Of a stretch of 64,000 nucleotides of DNA, positions 40,284-49,902 are shown one piece after another (within the stretch, counting starts at the first letter, position 1; every line of letters starts with the position of its first letter). A model generated the notes under the pieces. It was not told the DNA's origin and ran no database searches. It was given only the letters and a program-made list of their open reading frames with translations. The DNA comes from Candidatus Poribacteria bacterium (GTDB lineage Bacteria; Poribacteria; WGA-4E; UBA9662). The stretch is from NCBI GenBank assembly GCA_036339735.1, contig JAYZAL010000101.1, positions 8,537-72,536 on the forward strand, written 5' to 3'. A program made the position numbers and the translations under genes.

Positions 40284-40418
40284 TTACATACGCTTCGGGT
40301 GAGTTAATCTACAGTCGAAATAAGGTTTTCGCCATACTCATCCGCTCGCTGTTTTATTTGAAGGATTACTAAACCTGTTTATTTATTGCTTACCACAAGA
40401 AAAAGGAGAGAAAGCTCA

Positions 40419-41906
40419 ATGAGTGTAAAAAGAGGCGGTAGCGCCTTTTTGATTTCGGTTATATTGCACGTTGGTGCTGCCCTAATCTTGGGAGTGTATC
40501 TCGTAACACAAACCGAAGCCTTTAAGGATTTGATTGGGGCTGAGGTAGTCGAGGTAAAAGAACCACCAAAGCCGAAAGTCAGAAAACCTATCATCAAACC
40601 TGTCATCAAACCTTCAATTCCCACTGAGAATACGGTCGTAGTTGAGCAAGTCCAAGTGCAGCCTCGTGTAACGACAGCTGCCGTTGTTCGGCCAACCTCT
40701 ATTCAAACAGAAACGGTGCTCGAGTTTGCGAATAAACCAATCAAGGTCAATGCACCAATCAACCCTAACGTACCACGTGTAGTGACAAATTCACCAGTAC
40801 CTCAAGTCGTTACACATGCAAACCTTCCACCTTCCGATGCTCCTGGTGCTCTGGCGTTTTCGGGTCCTGTGGCTTCAGCACCTGCCGGTCTACCGGGTGG
40901 AATAGCTCGTGGTATTGGTGGTGCTGTCCAAGTCAAAGCTGGTGTATTTGCTCGACCTGCTGGTTTAGCAATGGTGAAAGAAGTTGGTGTTCAGCGTGAT
41001 GCCCTGGGGGACGTAGTTAAGGATATTAGTTTGGGTGATGTAGAAGTACCACCTCTAGAGAGAGGTGAACCAGGTGGCCGTGTAATCGGCCGTGGCCGTG
41101 ACATTCGTGGCGTGCTAAGATTCACTCGAATTCGTCATAGTTTGTCTGACTGGTGGGCTGACGCTTCCTCACTTAACGCACTGACAAAATGGCTTAATGA
41201 ACGGACGAAGATCAAGGCTGACATGAACGTGGAAGGTGGCGCAGTAAAATTAACGGATGCGAACTTGATGAAATGCCCAATCGTTTGTATGACAGGGCAC
41301 GATCCCGCGTTGACGCGCTCCCGAAATCTAATGGGGCGTCAGTATGGTGGAGGAAAGCTCGACAGCCGTTTTTCTGATACGGAAGCCGCCAATTTACGTA
41401 AGTACTTAGTGGAACGTGGTGGTGTTCTCACGTTTGACGATTGTGGCGTTAATGCACCCGCGCAGGCAATGATTCGACTGTTTTTAGCCCAGATGCGTTA
41501 CGTAATGCCAGAGTTTCAGATCGAACGTATTCCTAATGACCATGATATCTACAACAACTTCTACGAAATGGGTGGTCCACCTGTAGGGTTTGATATCTTC
41601 TGGTGGGGAACGCGTCCACCAAAGCGAAACTATCTGGAAGGCATCTCAGTCGGTGATAAGCTTTCTGTTCTTATTTTCCGACGGGATTATATGTGCGCAA
41701 TGGAGTCAGTTAGTCTTCCCACTAGGTCAGTTCACTATTCGCCTGGTGTTTATCGGTTCATGACTAATGTTGTCGTCTACTCCTTAACCACAGGAAAAAT
41801 TTCAGACCACAGCGGCTATGTACCTGAGGATCGATTGGCAGCTGAGGCCCTGCCTACTCAAGCGCCTCAGGCAGCTAAAATCACAGCAACAGGCCAAGAC
41901 CAGTAG
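40419..41906 (+). CDS. Membrane-anchored protein: TonB-like TM and Pro-rich linker plus C-terminal DUF4159-like domain
   Basis: ISVILHVG TM and PPKPKVRKP linker. C-terminal MTGH...E..NLRKYL..GG.L.FDDC...IP.DH.IY..FY...N.V.Y.L. AGGAG SD. Confidence 0.8.
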   Translation: MSVKRGGSAFLISVILHVGAALILGVYLVTQTEAFKDLIGAEVVEVKEPPKPKVRKPIIKPVIKPSIPTENTVVVEQVQVQPRVTTAAVVRPTSIQTETVLEFANKPIKVNAPINPNVPRVVTNSPVPQVVTHANLPPSDAPGALAFSGPVASAPAGLPGGIARGIGGAVQVKAGVFARPAGLAMVKEVGVQRDALGDVVKDISLGDVEVPPLERGEPGGRVIGRGRDIRGVLRFTRIRHSLSDWWADASSLNALTKWLNERTKIKADMNVEGGAVKLTDANLMKCPIVCMTGHDPALTRSRNLMGRQYGGGKLDSRFSDTEAANLRKYLVERGGVLTFDDCGVNAPAQAMIRLFLAQMRYVMPEFQIERIPNDHDIYNNFYEMGGPPVGFDIFWWGTRPPKRNYLEGISVGDKLSVLIFRRDYMCAMESVSLPTRSVHYSPGVYRFMTNVVVYSLTTGKISDHSGYVPEDRLAAEALPTQAPQAAKITATGQDQ

Positions 41907-41913
41907 TTTTACT

Positions 41914-41958
41914 GCAAAAAAATGCACCGATGGTTTCCCATCGGTGCATTTTTTTTGC
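41914..41958. terminator. Strong, probably bidirectional intrinsic terminator
   Basis: gcaaaaaaatgcaccgatgg-tttc-ccatcggtgcattttttttgc. Confidence 0.9.
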
Positions 41959-42097
41959 CTGCATAATATCCCTATTATGCAGTTTTAACTTGGGTTTTCA
42001 TTGCTTCCTCTCTTACTATGTACTGGAATTGTTCATCCGTTACCCTTCCGCTTGACACCTAATTTTTTGCTATGCTAGACTAAAATCTCAATCCGGT

Positions 42098-42913
42098 TTG
42101 TCAACATCACAAATGATCTTAGCCATTGACGTTGGTAATACAACTATCGAAATTGGGGTAATCAAAGACCATAAAATTTGTATCAGTTGGCGTCTACAAA
42201 CTGATCAAGGTCGATTGGCTGATGAATATGGGGTGCAAATTTGTCAGTTGTTACGTAACCAAAGCATTTCCGTATCTGACTTTGAAGGTGCAATTATTAG
42301 CTCTGTCGTGCCTTCTGTGGGGCGTGAATTGTCAAAAATGTGTCAGCGTTTTTTTTATCATTGCCCACTTGAGGTTTCAGAGAGGTTGGATCTTGGTATC
42401 CGTTTGTTGGTAGAACAACCAGAAGAAATTGGCGCCGATCGATTAGCAACTGCGGTAGGTGCTTATCATACATACAAAAAGCCACTGATTGTAGTTGACT
42501 TTGGAACAGCCACAACATACGACGCAATATCGCCAAATGGAGATTATTTGGGGGGGGCTATTACCCCTGGTATTGGTATAACCATGAATTCATTATTTGA
42601 TCATGCCGCGTTGCTCAGGCGAGTAGATCTAACTGTACCAAAATCTATCATTGGCACTAATACTAGCGAATGTATCAAATCTGGATTCTATTTTGGTTTT
42701 CGGTACCAGATGCAAGGTATCATTGATCAAATGAAATCAGAATTGATTCAAAAGTGTCGTATTGGCAATAAATTAGAGGTTCAGGTAGTAGCAACAGGAG
42801 GATTTGTTGATCTTATCGCTGAAGGTTCCAAAAGTGTTGATCATATTAATCCCAATTTACTCTTGGAAGGACTCAGTATAATTTATCATCGGCACCAAGC
42901 TGTTATTAGTTAA
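42098..42913 (+). CDS. coaX: Type III pantothenate kinase
   Basis: AIDVGNT, SSVVP, IGADR, VVDFGTATT and GGAITPG. ATG at 42113 is an alternative start. Confidence 0.95.
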   Translation: MSTSQMILAIDVGNTTIEIGVIKDHKICISWRLQTDQGRLADEYGVQICQLLRNQSISVSDFEGAIISSVVPSVGRELSKMCQRFFYHCPLEVSERLDLGIRLLVEQPEEIGADRLATAVGAYHTYKKPLIVVDFGTATTYDAISPNGDYLGGAITPGIGITMNSLFDHAALLRRVDLTVPKSIIGTNTSECIKSGFYFGFRYQMQGIIDQMKSELIQKCRIGNKLEVQVVATGGFVDLIAEGSKSVDHINPNLLLEGLSIIYHRHQAVIS

Positions 42914-43200
42914 GCGATAGTGAAACTTTCCTTTTTCAATATTCATTCAAAGAATATTACTGGTCTTTATTTATTCAGCGGCCGCGACCATTATTAACGG
43001 TTATATTGACAAATGCACCATCGTAGAAAACGAAAAAAGATCAATAAAACGGAAAGGAATCAACCTTTGAGGGTTAAAGTTAATTAATTAAAATCAAAAA
43101 TATTGTAACAGTTTGATACTAAGTATTTATTTTTAGAGACTTAAAAAGTGATATGGTCATCAAGACAACAGACATTTTTCGGGCAGGAAAATATAAATAG

Positions 43201-43845
43201 ATGAAAACTTGTGCGATTTTCGACCTGGACGGAACCATAATTGATAGATCCTCTGAACTATGGTTTTTTTTCTACCTACTAAAAAGAGGGAAATTACCGA
43301 TTGGTAGCGTAGCAAGCTGGGGGCTCGATTGGATTAGTTTGCTCGACATTCAAAAAGGGAAAGCTAATAAAACTTACCTACGCGGTGCATCTGCTAACAA
43401 CTTATCAAACGACGCTGGTAAATTTTTCAGTCAACACTTAGTAAATAGAATCTCACCTCGCGCTGATGAGTTAATCAAACAACATAAATCTGAAGGCCGA
43501 CTTGTTGTTATTTTATCGGGCTCGCTTACAATGCTCGTGCGCCAGTTTGCTCAGCACTTTGAGCTCGACACTTTGTTTGGAAATGATCTAGAGGTAGTTA
43601 ATGGTTTACTTACAGGCGCGCTAGCAGGTGTTCACCCTTACGGACGAGAAAAAGCAAATCTTGTTGAAACTTTATCGATCCAGCACCAGTTAGATTTATC
43701 CAATTCATATGCCTACGGTAACCATCACACCGATGCATACAAACTAAGTTTATTCGGACATCCGACCGCTGTAAACCCCACACAAAAACTACGACAGATT
43801 GCTCAACAAAGAGGCTGGACAATCGAGATGTTTCATGGGAATTAG
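43201..43845 (+). CDS. HAD-IB (SerB-like) hydrolase
   Basis: FDLDGT, ILSGS, SYAYGN...D and AVNP. Confidence 0.88.
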   Translation: MKTCAIFDLDGTIIDRSSELWFFFYLLKRGKLPIGSVASWGLDWISLLDIQKGKANKTYLRGASANNLSNDAGKFFSQHLVNRISPRADELIKQHKSEGRLVVILSGSLTMLVRQFAQHFELDTLFGNDLEVVNGLLTGALAGVHPYGREKANLVETLSIQHQLDLSNSYAYGNHHTDAYKLSLFGHPTAVNPTQKLRQIAQQRGWTIEMFHGN

Positions 43846-44557
43846 ATTAGAAAAATTTTTGGCTCATTATGGGGTAGCCTCCCGTCGCTTAGCAAAACAG
43901 CTTGTTATAGAAGGTCGAGTAAATATCAATGGAAAGCCTGTTTTTATTCCCGGTCGCCATATCAACCCAAATAGAGATAATGTTACATTCGATGGGCAAC
44001 CTATCATAAACCAACCTGAATACTTATATTTAATGCTGCATAAACCAGCAGGTTATCTCACAACAGTAACTGACAATAATGGGCGGAAAACAGTTATGGA
44101 CTTGGTAAGGGCTGTTCACGAACGTATTTATCCAGTGGGCCGATTGGACAAAGAGACTGAGGGCTTATTACTGTTTACGAATGACGGTAACTTTTCACAT
44201 CGTATCCTACATCCCAGTTATAAACTAAACAAGACCTATCATGCTTGGGTCGAAGGTCAACTCAGTCGAGAAAACATCCAAAAGCTAAGAGCTGGTATTT
44301 GGCTTAAAACTGGGCTAACTGCTGCTGCAATCGTAGAAGAAATAAGAAAACGTGGCAAATTGACTCAGTACCGAATCGTAATTCAAGAGGGTAAGAAACG
44401 CCAAATTCGGAAAATGTTTGAAGCTGTGGGAGCTAGAGTCGATTATTTAAAACGAACTCGGATTGGATGTTTAAGCTTAGGAAAATTACCAAAAGGCCGA
44501 TTTCGGCACCTTCAAATAGGTGAAATTCAAAACCTAACGAATGAGAACATGAAATGA
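43835..44557 (+). CDS. rluB: RsuA/RluB-family rRNA pseudouridine synthase
   Basis: S4 domain (RLEKFLA..GVASRR), PVGRLD and EGKKRQIRKM. Confidence 0.88.
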   Translation: MGIRLEKFLAHYGVASRRLAKQLVIEGRVNINGKPVFIPGRHINPNRDNVTFDGQPIINQPEYLYLMLHKPAGYLTTVTDNNGRKTVMDLVRAVHERIYPVGRLDKETEGLLLFTNDGNFSHRILHPSYKLNKTYHAWVEGQLSRENIQKLRAGIWLKTGLTAAAIVEEIRKRGKLTQYRIVIQEGKKRQIRKMFEAVGARVDYLKRTRIGCLSLGKLPKGRFRHLQIGEIQNLTNENMK

Positions 44558-45270
44558 GCTCTAATCGTCAAGATTTCCGAAAAAGAGAATCTCCGGAGAT
44601 GTTTGATCGAATAGCACCAACTTACGACTTAGTCAATCGTTTGCTTTCTTTTGGGTTGGATATTGCTTGGCGGCAAAAAGTCGGTTATCTACTTCCAAAA
44701 GCTGATAACTTAAAGTTGCTTGACTTGGCAACGGGTACTGCCGATTTAATCATCGGGCTTTGTGAAACTTGTCCCCAAATTTCTTCAGCATTAGGCATTG
44801 ACTTGTCTAAAAACATGCTTGAGGTCGGACAAAAAAAGGTCGATAACCGAGGATGGGAATCAAAAATCCGACTTGAAGTAGGTGATGCCATGTGCTTAGA
44901 ATGTGATGATAACTTGTTTGAAGCGGTTACTATGTCGTTTGGTATTCGTAATGTCCCAGATGTTGCAAAAACCTTGAAAGAAGTCTATAGAGTTCTGAAA
45001 CCTTCCGGTAAAGCCCTAATACTAGAGTTTTCTATACCTTCGAATATCTTTATTCGTTGGGGGCATTTGTTCTATCTAAGACATGTTTTGCCACTAGTCG
45101 GAGCGTTATTTTCTGGTGATTATCAAGCTTATCGTTATCTCAACACGACCATCGAACACTTCCCCTATGGAGACGACTTCACCAAATTGATGACTGAGGC
45201 AGGTTTTTCATTTGTCAATATACACTCACTGACTTTTGGTGTTGCTACTTTGTACGAAGGAGTACGTTAA
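44554..45270 (+). CDS. menG: Demethylmenaquinone methyltransferase (MenG/UbiE)
   Basis: MFDRIAPTYD..NRLLSFG, LDLATGTAD, FGIRNV and YRYL. Confidence 0.92.
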   Translation: MSSNRQDFRKRESPEMFDRIAPTYDLVNRLLSFGLDIAWRQKVGYLLPKADNLKLLDLATGTADLIIGLCETCPQISSALGIDLSKNMLEVGQKKVDNRGWESKIRLEVGDAMCLECDDNLFEAVTMSFGIRNVPDVAKTLKEVYRVLKPSGKALILEFSIPSNIFIRWGHLFYLRHVLPLVGALFSGDYQAYRYLNTTIEHFPYGDDFTKLMTEAGFSFVNIHSLTFGVATLYEGVR

Positions 45271-45283
45271 TCGGTTATAGAGA

Positions 45284-45868
45284 ATGAAGAACAAGTTGCG
45301 TCAATCTATTTTTGCTTCATTTGCTTCAGTAGCATCGATATTTTTTATTAGCTGTGATACAACTTTCAATAACTCAGTTCCCAAGCCCATCCAGATAGAA
45401 CAGAAATGGGGTTATATTAGCTCCAAAGGCCAGTTGGTCGTTCCACTTCAATATGATGAAGCTTGTCCTTTTTCAGAAGGTCTTGCCAAAGTGACAGTTG
45501 GTGACAAATCAGGTTATATTAATCAATCAGGAGAATTAGTAGTACCACTTCAATATGATGAAGCCTTGAGCTTTCTACAAGGATGTGCCCCTGTACGGCT
45601 AGACCAGAAATGGGGTTATATCAATCAAGAAGGGAAACGTATCATTGATTTCCAATTCCATGAAGCGTGGGGATTTTCCGAGAATTTAGCCTGTGTTAGA
45701 GTGGAAGATAAATACGGATACATTAACCGAAAGGGTGAATTTATCATCCCACTACAATTTGACACAGCTCGAGATTTTACTGATGGCTACGCTGTTGCTG
45801 AACGGAATGGCCAATTATGGGTTATTAATACTATGGGCCAAGTTTTAGAATTACATCAAAAAAAATAA
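45284..45868 (+). CDS. WG-repeat lipoprotein
   Basis: Lipobox FIS-C and 34-aa repeats KWGYI...G..V.P.QYD.A..FSEGLA. Confidence 0.88.
   Translation: MKNKLRQSIFASFASVASIFFISCDTTFNNSVPKPIQIEQKWGYISSKGQLVVPLQYDEACPFSEGLAKVTVGDKSGYINQSGELVVPLQYDEALSFLQGCAPVRLDQKWGYINQEGKRIIDFQFHEAWGFSENLACVRVEDKYGYINRKGEFIIPLQFDTARDFTDGYAVAERNGQLWVINTMGQVLELHQKK
45401..45621 (+). repeat. Intragenic 102-bp periodic repeat (WG units)
   Basis: ccacttcaatatgatgaagc at 45443 and 45545, and cagaaatggggttatat at 45401 and 45605. Confidence 0.85.
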
Positions 45869-45904
45869 ACTAAAAAAACACCAATTTTTCCCAAGGAGTA
45901 AAAA

Positions 45905-46597
45905 TTGCTAATTGATATTCGTAGTTTGTGCAAAGTTTATCGGATGGGAGATGTTGAAGTTCATGCTTTGCGCGGTGTGTCCTTCACCGCAGAAAAGGGC
46001 GAACTGATTGCCATCATGGGACCATCTGGGTCTGGGAAATCAACCTTGATGGATATTTTGGGGTGTCTTTCAAAACCATCTGATGGGGAATACTATCTGG
46101 AAGGAGAGGAAGTAGGGAAACTTTCTGACAACCGTTTAGCCGAAATTCGAAACAGGAAGATAGGTTTCGTATTTCAATCTTTCAATCTTTTACCTCGTAC
46201 AACAGCTCTACACAATGTAGAATTACCACTAATTTACGGTGGTATCCGGCGTAAAGAACGGAGAATTCGATCGCAGGAAGCATTAGATGCGGTCGGTTTG
46301 GGTGATCGTGTCCATCATAAATCCAATGAGCTATCTGGTGGCCAAATCCAACGTATCGCTATTGCCCGTGCATTAGTGAATCACCCTTCGATGATTTTTG
46401 CTGATGAACCAACGGGTAACCTAGATACTACTACCAGCAAAGATATTATGGCAATTTTCCAGCGACTCAATGATGAAGGTAACACAATTATCATGGTGAC
46501 ACATGAGCCAGAAATTGCTGAATATGCTCAACGGGTAATTCATATTCGAGATGGCTTAATCGAAAGAGATGAGTGGAATAGGCCCAAAGCCGTATAG
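45905..46597 (+). CDS. MacB/LolD-like ABC ATPase
   Basis: [31 protein letters not shown] and VTHE. Confidence 0.93.
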   Translation: MLIDIRSLCKVYRMGDVEVHALRGVSFTAEKGELIAIMGPSGSGKSTLMDILGCLSKPSDGEYYLEGEEVGKLSDNRLAEIRNRKIGFVFQSFNLLPRTTALHNVELPLIYGGIRRKERRIRSQEALDAVGLGDRVHHKSNELSGGQIQRIAIARALVNHPSMIFADEPTGNLDTTTSKDIMAIFQRLNDEGNTIIMVTHEPEIAEYAQRVIHIRDGLIERDEWNRPKAV

Positions 46598-46641
46598 TAT
46601 TAGACCGATTTTATCAATTCAGATCAGATGAGGAACTTTGT

Positions 46642-47607
46642 GTGAAAACTGTAGTTGTTAGGACACCTTCACGCTTACATCTATCGTTAATTGATTTAAA
46701 CGGTAGTCGGAATCGGATTGACGGGAGTATTGGACTGGCAATTCGGAAGCCATACTTTGAATTTTTGGTGCAACCTTCAGAAAAAATTGAAATTGAATCG
46801 TTAAACTACCTAGATCGATCAAGATCCGTGGTTCAAAAACTAATAGATAAATATGAAATTCCGGGGTTGAGAGTTGAAATCACAGAAGAAATACCCCAAC
46901 ACTCTGGGTTTGGCTCAGGAACTCAACTCGCGCTTGGTATCGCAGCCGCCGCCGACCAAATTTATCAATTAGGTCAATCAGTTCGCGATTTAGCAGAAGC
47001 TGTTGGACGAGGTGGCACATCCGGAATTGGCGTGATAGCATTTGAAAAAGGTGGGTTTATACTCGATGGTGGTCATAAGTATCCACAGCAGAAAGATTCG
47101 CTACTACCATCAGCCGCAGTTGATGGTGTTACCCCTCCTCCGTTATTGCTACAAACAGAATTTCCGGACTGGAAGTTTCTGATCGTATTGCCTAATTGTA
47201 AACATATTTCCGGCGATTTAGAAGTCAATCTTTTCCAAACATTATGCCCACAGCCAAAATTTGTTGCCGAGCGTCTCTCACACCTTATTCTCATGCAACT
47301 ACTACCGGCAGTTATTGAATCTGATCAGATCACTTTCAGTCGGGCACTCAATGAAATTCAGCAATTCGGCTGGAAACAAGTCGAAATTGAGGCACAGGGG
47401 GGCGATTTGAAAGAAACTCTTGACTTTCTTTGGCAGAACGGAGCTATTGGTGCTGGTGTCAGTAGCTGGGGGCCTGCAATTATAGCGTTTAGTGATGATA
47501 TCAATGATCTTCATCAACGCACACAGGATTTCCTCAATAGTACTCCTTTTGGTGGAACGTGCTTCATAACTAGTGCTAATAACAGCGGAGCTGTGATTGA
47601 ATGGTAG
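46642..47607 (+). CDS. mptG: Beta-ribofuranosylaminobenzene 5'-phosphate synthase (GHMP family)
   Basis: PSRLHLSLIDLNG..RIDG.IG, H.GFGSGTQLAL, GRGGTSGIG..AF..GGFILDGGH and SSWGP. Confidence 0.85.
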   Translation: MKTVVVRTPSRLHLSLIDLNGSRNRIDGSIGLAIRKPYFEFLVQPSEKIEIESLNYLDRSRSVVQKLIDKYEIPGLRVEITEEIPQHSGFGSGTQLALGIAAAADQIYQLGQSVRDLAEAVGRGGTSGIGVIAFEKGGFILDGGHKYPQQKDSLLPSAAVDGVTPPPLLLQTEFPDWKFLIVLPNCKHISGDLEVNLFQTLCPQPKFVAERLSHLILMQLLPAVIESDQITFSRALNEIQQFGWKQVEIEAQGGDLKETLDFLWQNGAIGAGVSSWGPAIIAFSDDINDLHQRTQDFLNSTPFGGTCFITSANNSGAVIEW

Positions 47608-48494
47608 GGAATGTGTATTGGAAGTTGTTGCAGGTATTCAAACGACAATATCAGATTCTGAATTTAGCATCAAAACTGTTTCCAGTTGCCTTCACTGTTC
47701 TAATTAATGGTTGTGATTTTGATGAATTAGAAACTGCTCAAACATCAATGGAGCTGATTCTACCGACGGAGGCAGAAGGACGTAACGATATTAAGCGAAT
47801 CCGTATATTTGTTGAGGGGGAGCAACGAGATGTGCCAGTTCAGGAACTCAAACTCATTTCTGATTCCGGGGGAGAAGAATTTCAGGATATAGATATTTTT
47901 ATCCCTTTGGATGCCAAATATATTCGTGTTGAAGCGCTAGGGGATTTAGGTGGTTTGTTGTTCGTCGGTGAATCGACGGTTGAGATAGAAAACGAAGGAA
48001 TTTCCAGAATTCGTATAGAGCTTGACCCAACAACACCAGTTCTAAAGTTTAATAACGTACCTGAATTTGTCGACGTAGGTCAAGACTTTCAAATTGAGAT
48101 AGAACTAAAACATGCTAAATCCTTATTCGCATTGACTTTTGAGATTTCTTATCCCAACGTTTTTATCGAACCCTATGAGATTGATTTGGGTGATTTTTGG
48201 GAAAATACTGAAAATGAAAATTCTGTTTTGCTAGTATCAGACTATAACCTAACGTCAAAAACTCCTGGTCGACTAAGTCTTGGTTTAACCAGAACAACGC
48301 CATCGAATGATAAAATAGAATCAGGAAAAGTTGCGATTATCTCGTTCCATACAAAACAAACTGGGATTGCAAAAATTCGAGTATTAAACAACCCAAGATT
48401 GGCTGTCCAGAAGTCAAATGGCAAATCGATTGAAAATTTTGATGATTTAACCAGCTACTTATACAAAGCTCAAGCTGAACTAGAAATTCGATGA
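47601..48494 (+). CDS. Putative lipoprotein with C-terminal cohesin-like domain
   Basis: Lipobox-like LING-C, then VGQDFQIEI...LFALTFEISY...GDF...SGKVA.ISF....G.A.I. Confidence 0.6.
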   Translation: MVGNVYWKLLQVFKRQYQILNLASKLFPVAFTVLINGCDFDELETAQTSMELILPTEAEGRNDIKRIRIFVEGEQRDVPVQELKLISDSGGEEFQDIDIFIPLDAKYIRVEALGDLGGLLFVGESTVEIENEGISRIRIELDPTTPVLKFNNVPEFVDVGQDFQIEIELKHAKSLFALTFEISYPNVFIEPYEIDLGDFWENTENENSVLLVSDYNLTSKTPGRLSLGLTRTTPSNDKIESGKVAIISFHTKQTGIAKIRVLNNPRLAVQKSNGKSIENFDDLTSYLYKAQAELEIR

Positions 48495-49891
48495 CAAAAC
48501 ACAAAAAACGCAATTATTGGGTGCTGGTTTTTTCTGTATGTTTGATTACAATGTGGAGTGTAGGTTGTACTTTTAACCCTTTGAATCAAAAATTTCCTTG
48601 GTGGATTTCCCCAACCCATTATGCTAGAGAAGCCATGGATATGGGGGATGCCGACTTGGCGATTCGAACCTTAACACCTTATGTTAATTTAGAGTCTAAC
48701 AGTGAATACAGGTTGGCTAGTAAAACTTTAGGGCTCGCATATTACCAAAATTTGGATTATGCTTCAGCGATTCTCCATTTCCAGAAAGCAGAAACTATAA
48801 CAATATCAGACCTTAGATCCGCGATTCCCTACGTAATCGCATCTGTAAAAATTGGAAACTATAGAAAAGCTATTTCGGTTCTACGACAAATTTTCCAGCA
48901 ACACCAATCAATATCAAATCCAAAACAACAGAATAATCAATCTAGATCAGTATTATTTAAAAAACTCAGGCAGAGCTATGCCTCGATTATTCGTAGCTAC
49001 TATCAACAACAAGTCGTGAGACTCGAAAATCACAAGATTGATAAACCAATACCCGCGAGCATTAATTGGCAAAATACGGTTGCTATACTACCTATTATCG
49101 AATTGGAACTTAAGCCCCCCCGATTTCCAATCAAGGTCTTCCAGTATTTATTAGCAGAATTACTAGGTAATGAGTCAGTAGAGGTAGTTCCTATTCCCGT
49201 TCTGGAGCAAATTTTGGAAGTAGAAAATTCAGCTAAAAAATGGAGCTTTGACATTCAGACTAGCGTCAAATTGGCAAGACAATTTGGTTTTTCCACAGTC
49301 ATTGTTACTGAAGTTCGGAGTCCTCTTGCCTCCCAGCCTTCAGCTAATGAAGAATTCTTACTATCTTTCACAGTTCTGAACCTAGAGAAAGGTCAAGTGT
49401 ACGAATCACCGATTTTAATTGGAAGTGGTTCGGAGATAGGAGAGAAGTTAGTAAAAATCAGGACAGAAATCTTACGAGTAGTTAGAATTCACGAACGGAC
49501 TCAACCAGTCTCTGATGTTTTGTCAATTAACTTTGAAAAGCCATTTTATACGGCCTGGGCTAACTATTATCTGGATTTCAAAATGAATCCAATGCAGCAG
49601 AATCCACCAATTTCGTTGTCTCTTATCCAACAAAGAGTTACAGAAGTTCCTTATCCAATGGCTTTGTTACCACTCAGTGTTGCACAGGAAGTTTCTTTTG
49701 TTGAGGAAATAAAAATTGAGGAGTTGCAAAATTTTCTAGATTACTATGATAATAAACAAGTAGTTACGAATTTGTTAGAATTTCAGATGCGTACCATTAT
49801 CAATCAGCGTCTGGTTACGCCTTATGTACGGGGGAATGGACACCAGCGCTTTCCAGGCACTGATGTTCCCATATCCCTAACGGTACGATAG
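48491..49891 (+). CDS. TPR-containing putative lipoprotein with CsgG/TolB_N-like alpha/beta region
   Basis: SVG-C lipobox, LGLAYYQ..DY..AI.HFQKA and TVAILP...KLARQFG...VI. Confidence 0.55.
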   Translation: MTKHKKRNYWVLVFSVCLITMWSVGCTFNPLNQKFPWWISPTHYAREAMDMGDADLAIRTLTPYVNLESNSEYRLASKTLGLAYYQNLDYASAILHFQKAETITISDLRSAIPYVIASVKIGNYRKAISVLRQIFQQHQSISNPKQQNNQSRSVLFKKLRQSYASIIRSYYQQQVVRLENHKIDKPIPASINWQNTVAILPIIELELKPPRFPIKVFQYLLAELLGNESVEVVPIPVLEQILEVENSAKKWSFDIQTSVKLARQFGFSTVIVTEVRSPLASQPSANEEFLLSFTVLNLEKGQVYESPILIGSGSEIGEKLVKIRTEILRVVRIHERTQPVSDVLSINFEKPFYTAWANYYLDFKMNPMQQNPPISLSLIQQRVTEVPYPMALLPLSVAQEVSFVEEIKIEELQNFLDYYDNKQVVTNLLEFQMRTIINQRLVTPYVRGNGHQRFPGTDVPISLTVR

Positions 49892-49902
49892 TGGACATAT
49901 AG

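Noticed and set aside
45401-45621. Direct repeats as a possible CRISPR array
   Set aside because: The 102-bp period is in frame inside a WG-repeat gene and there are no cas genes.
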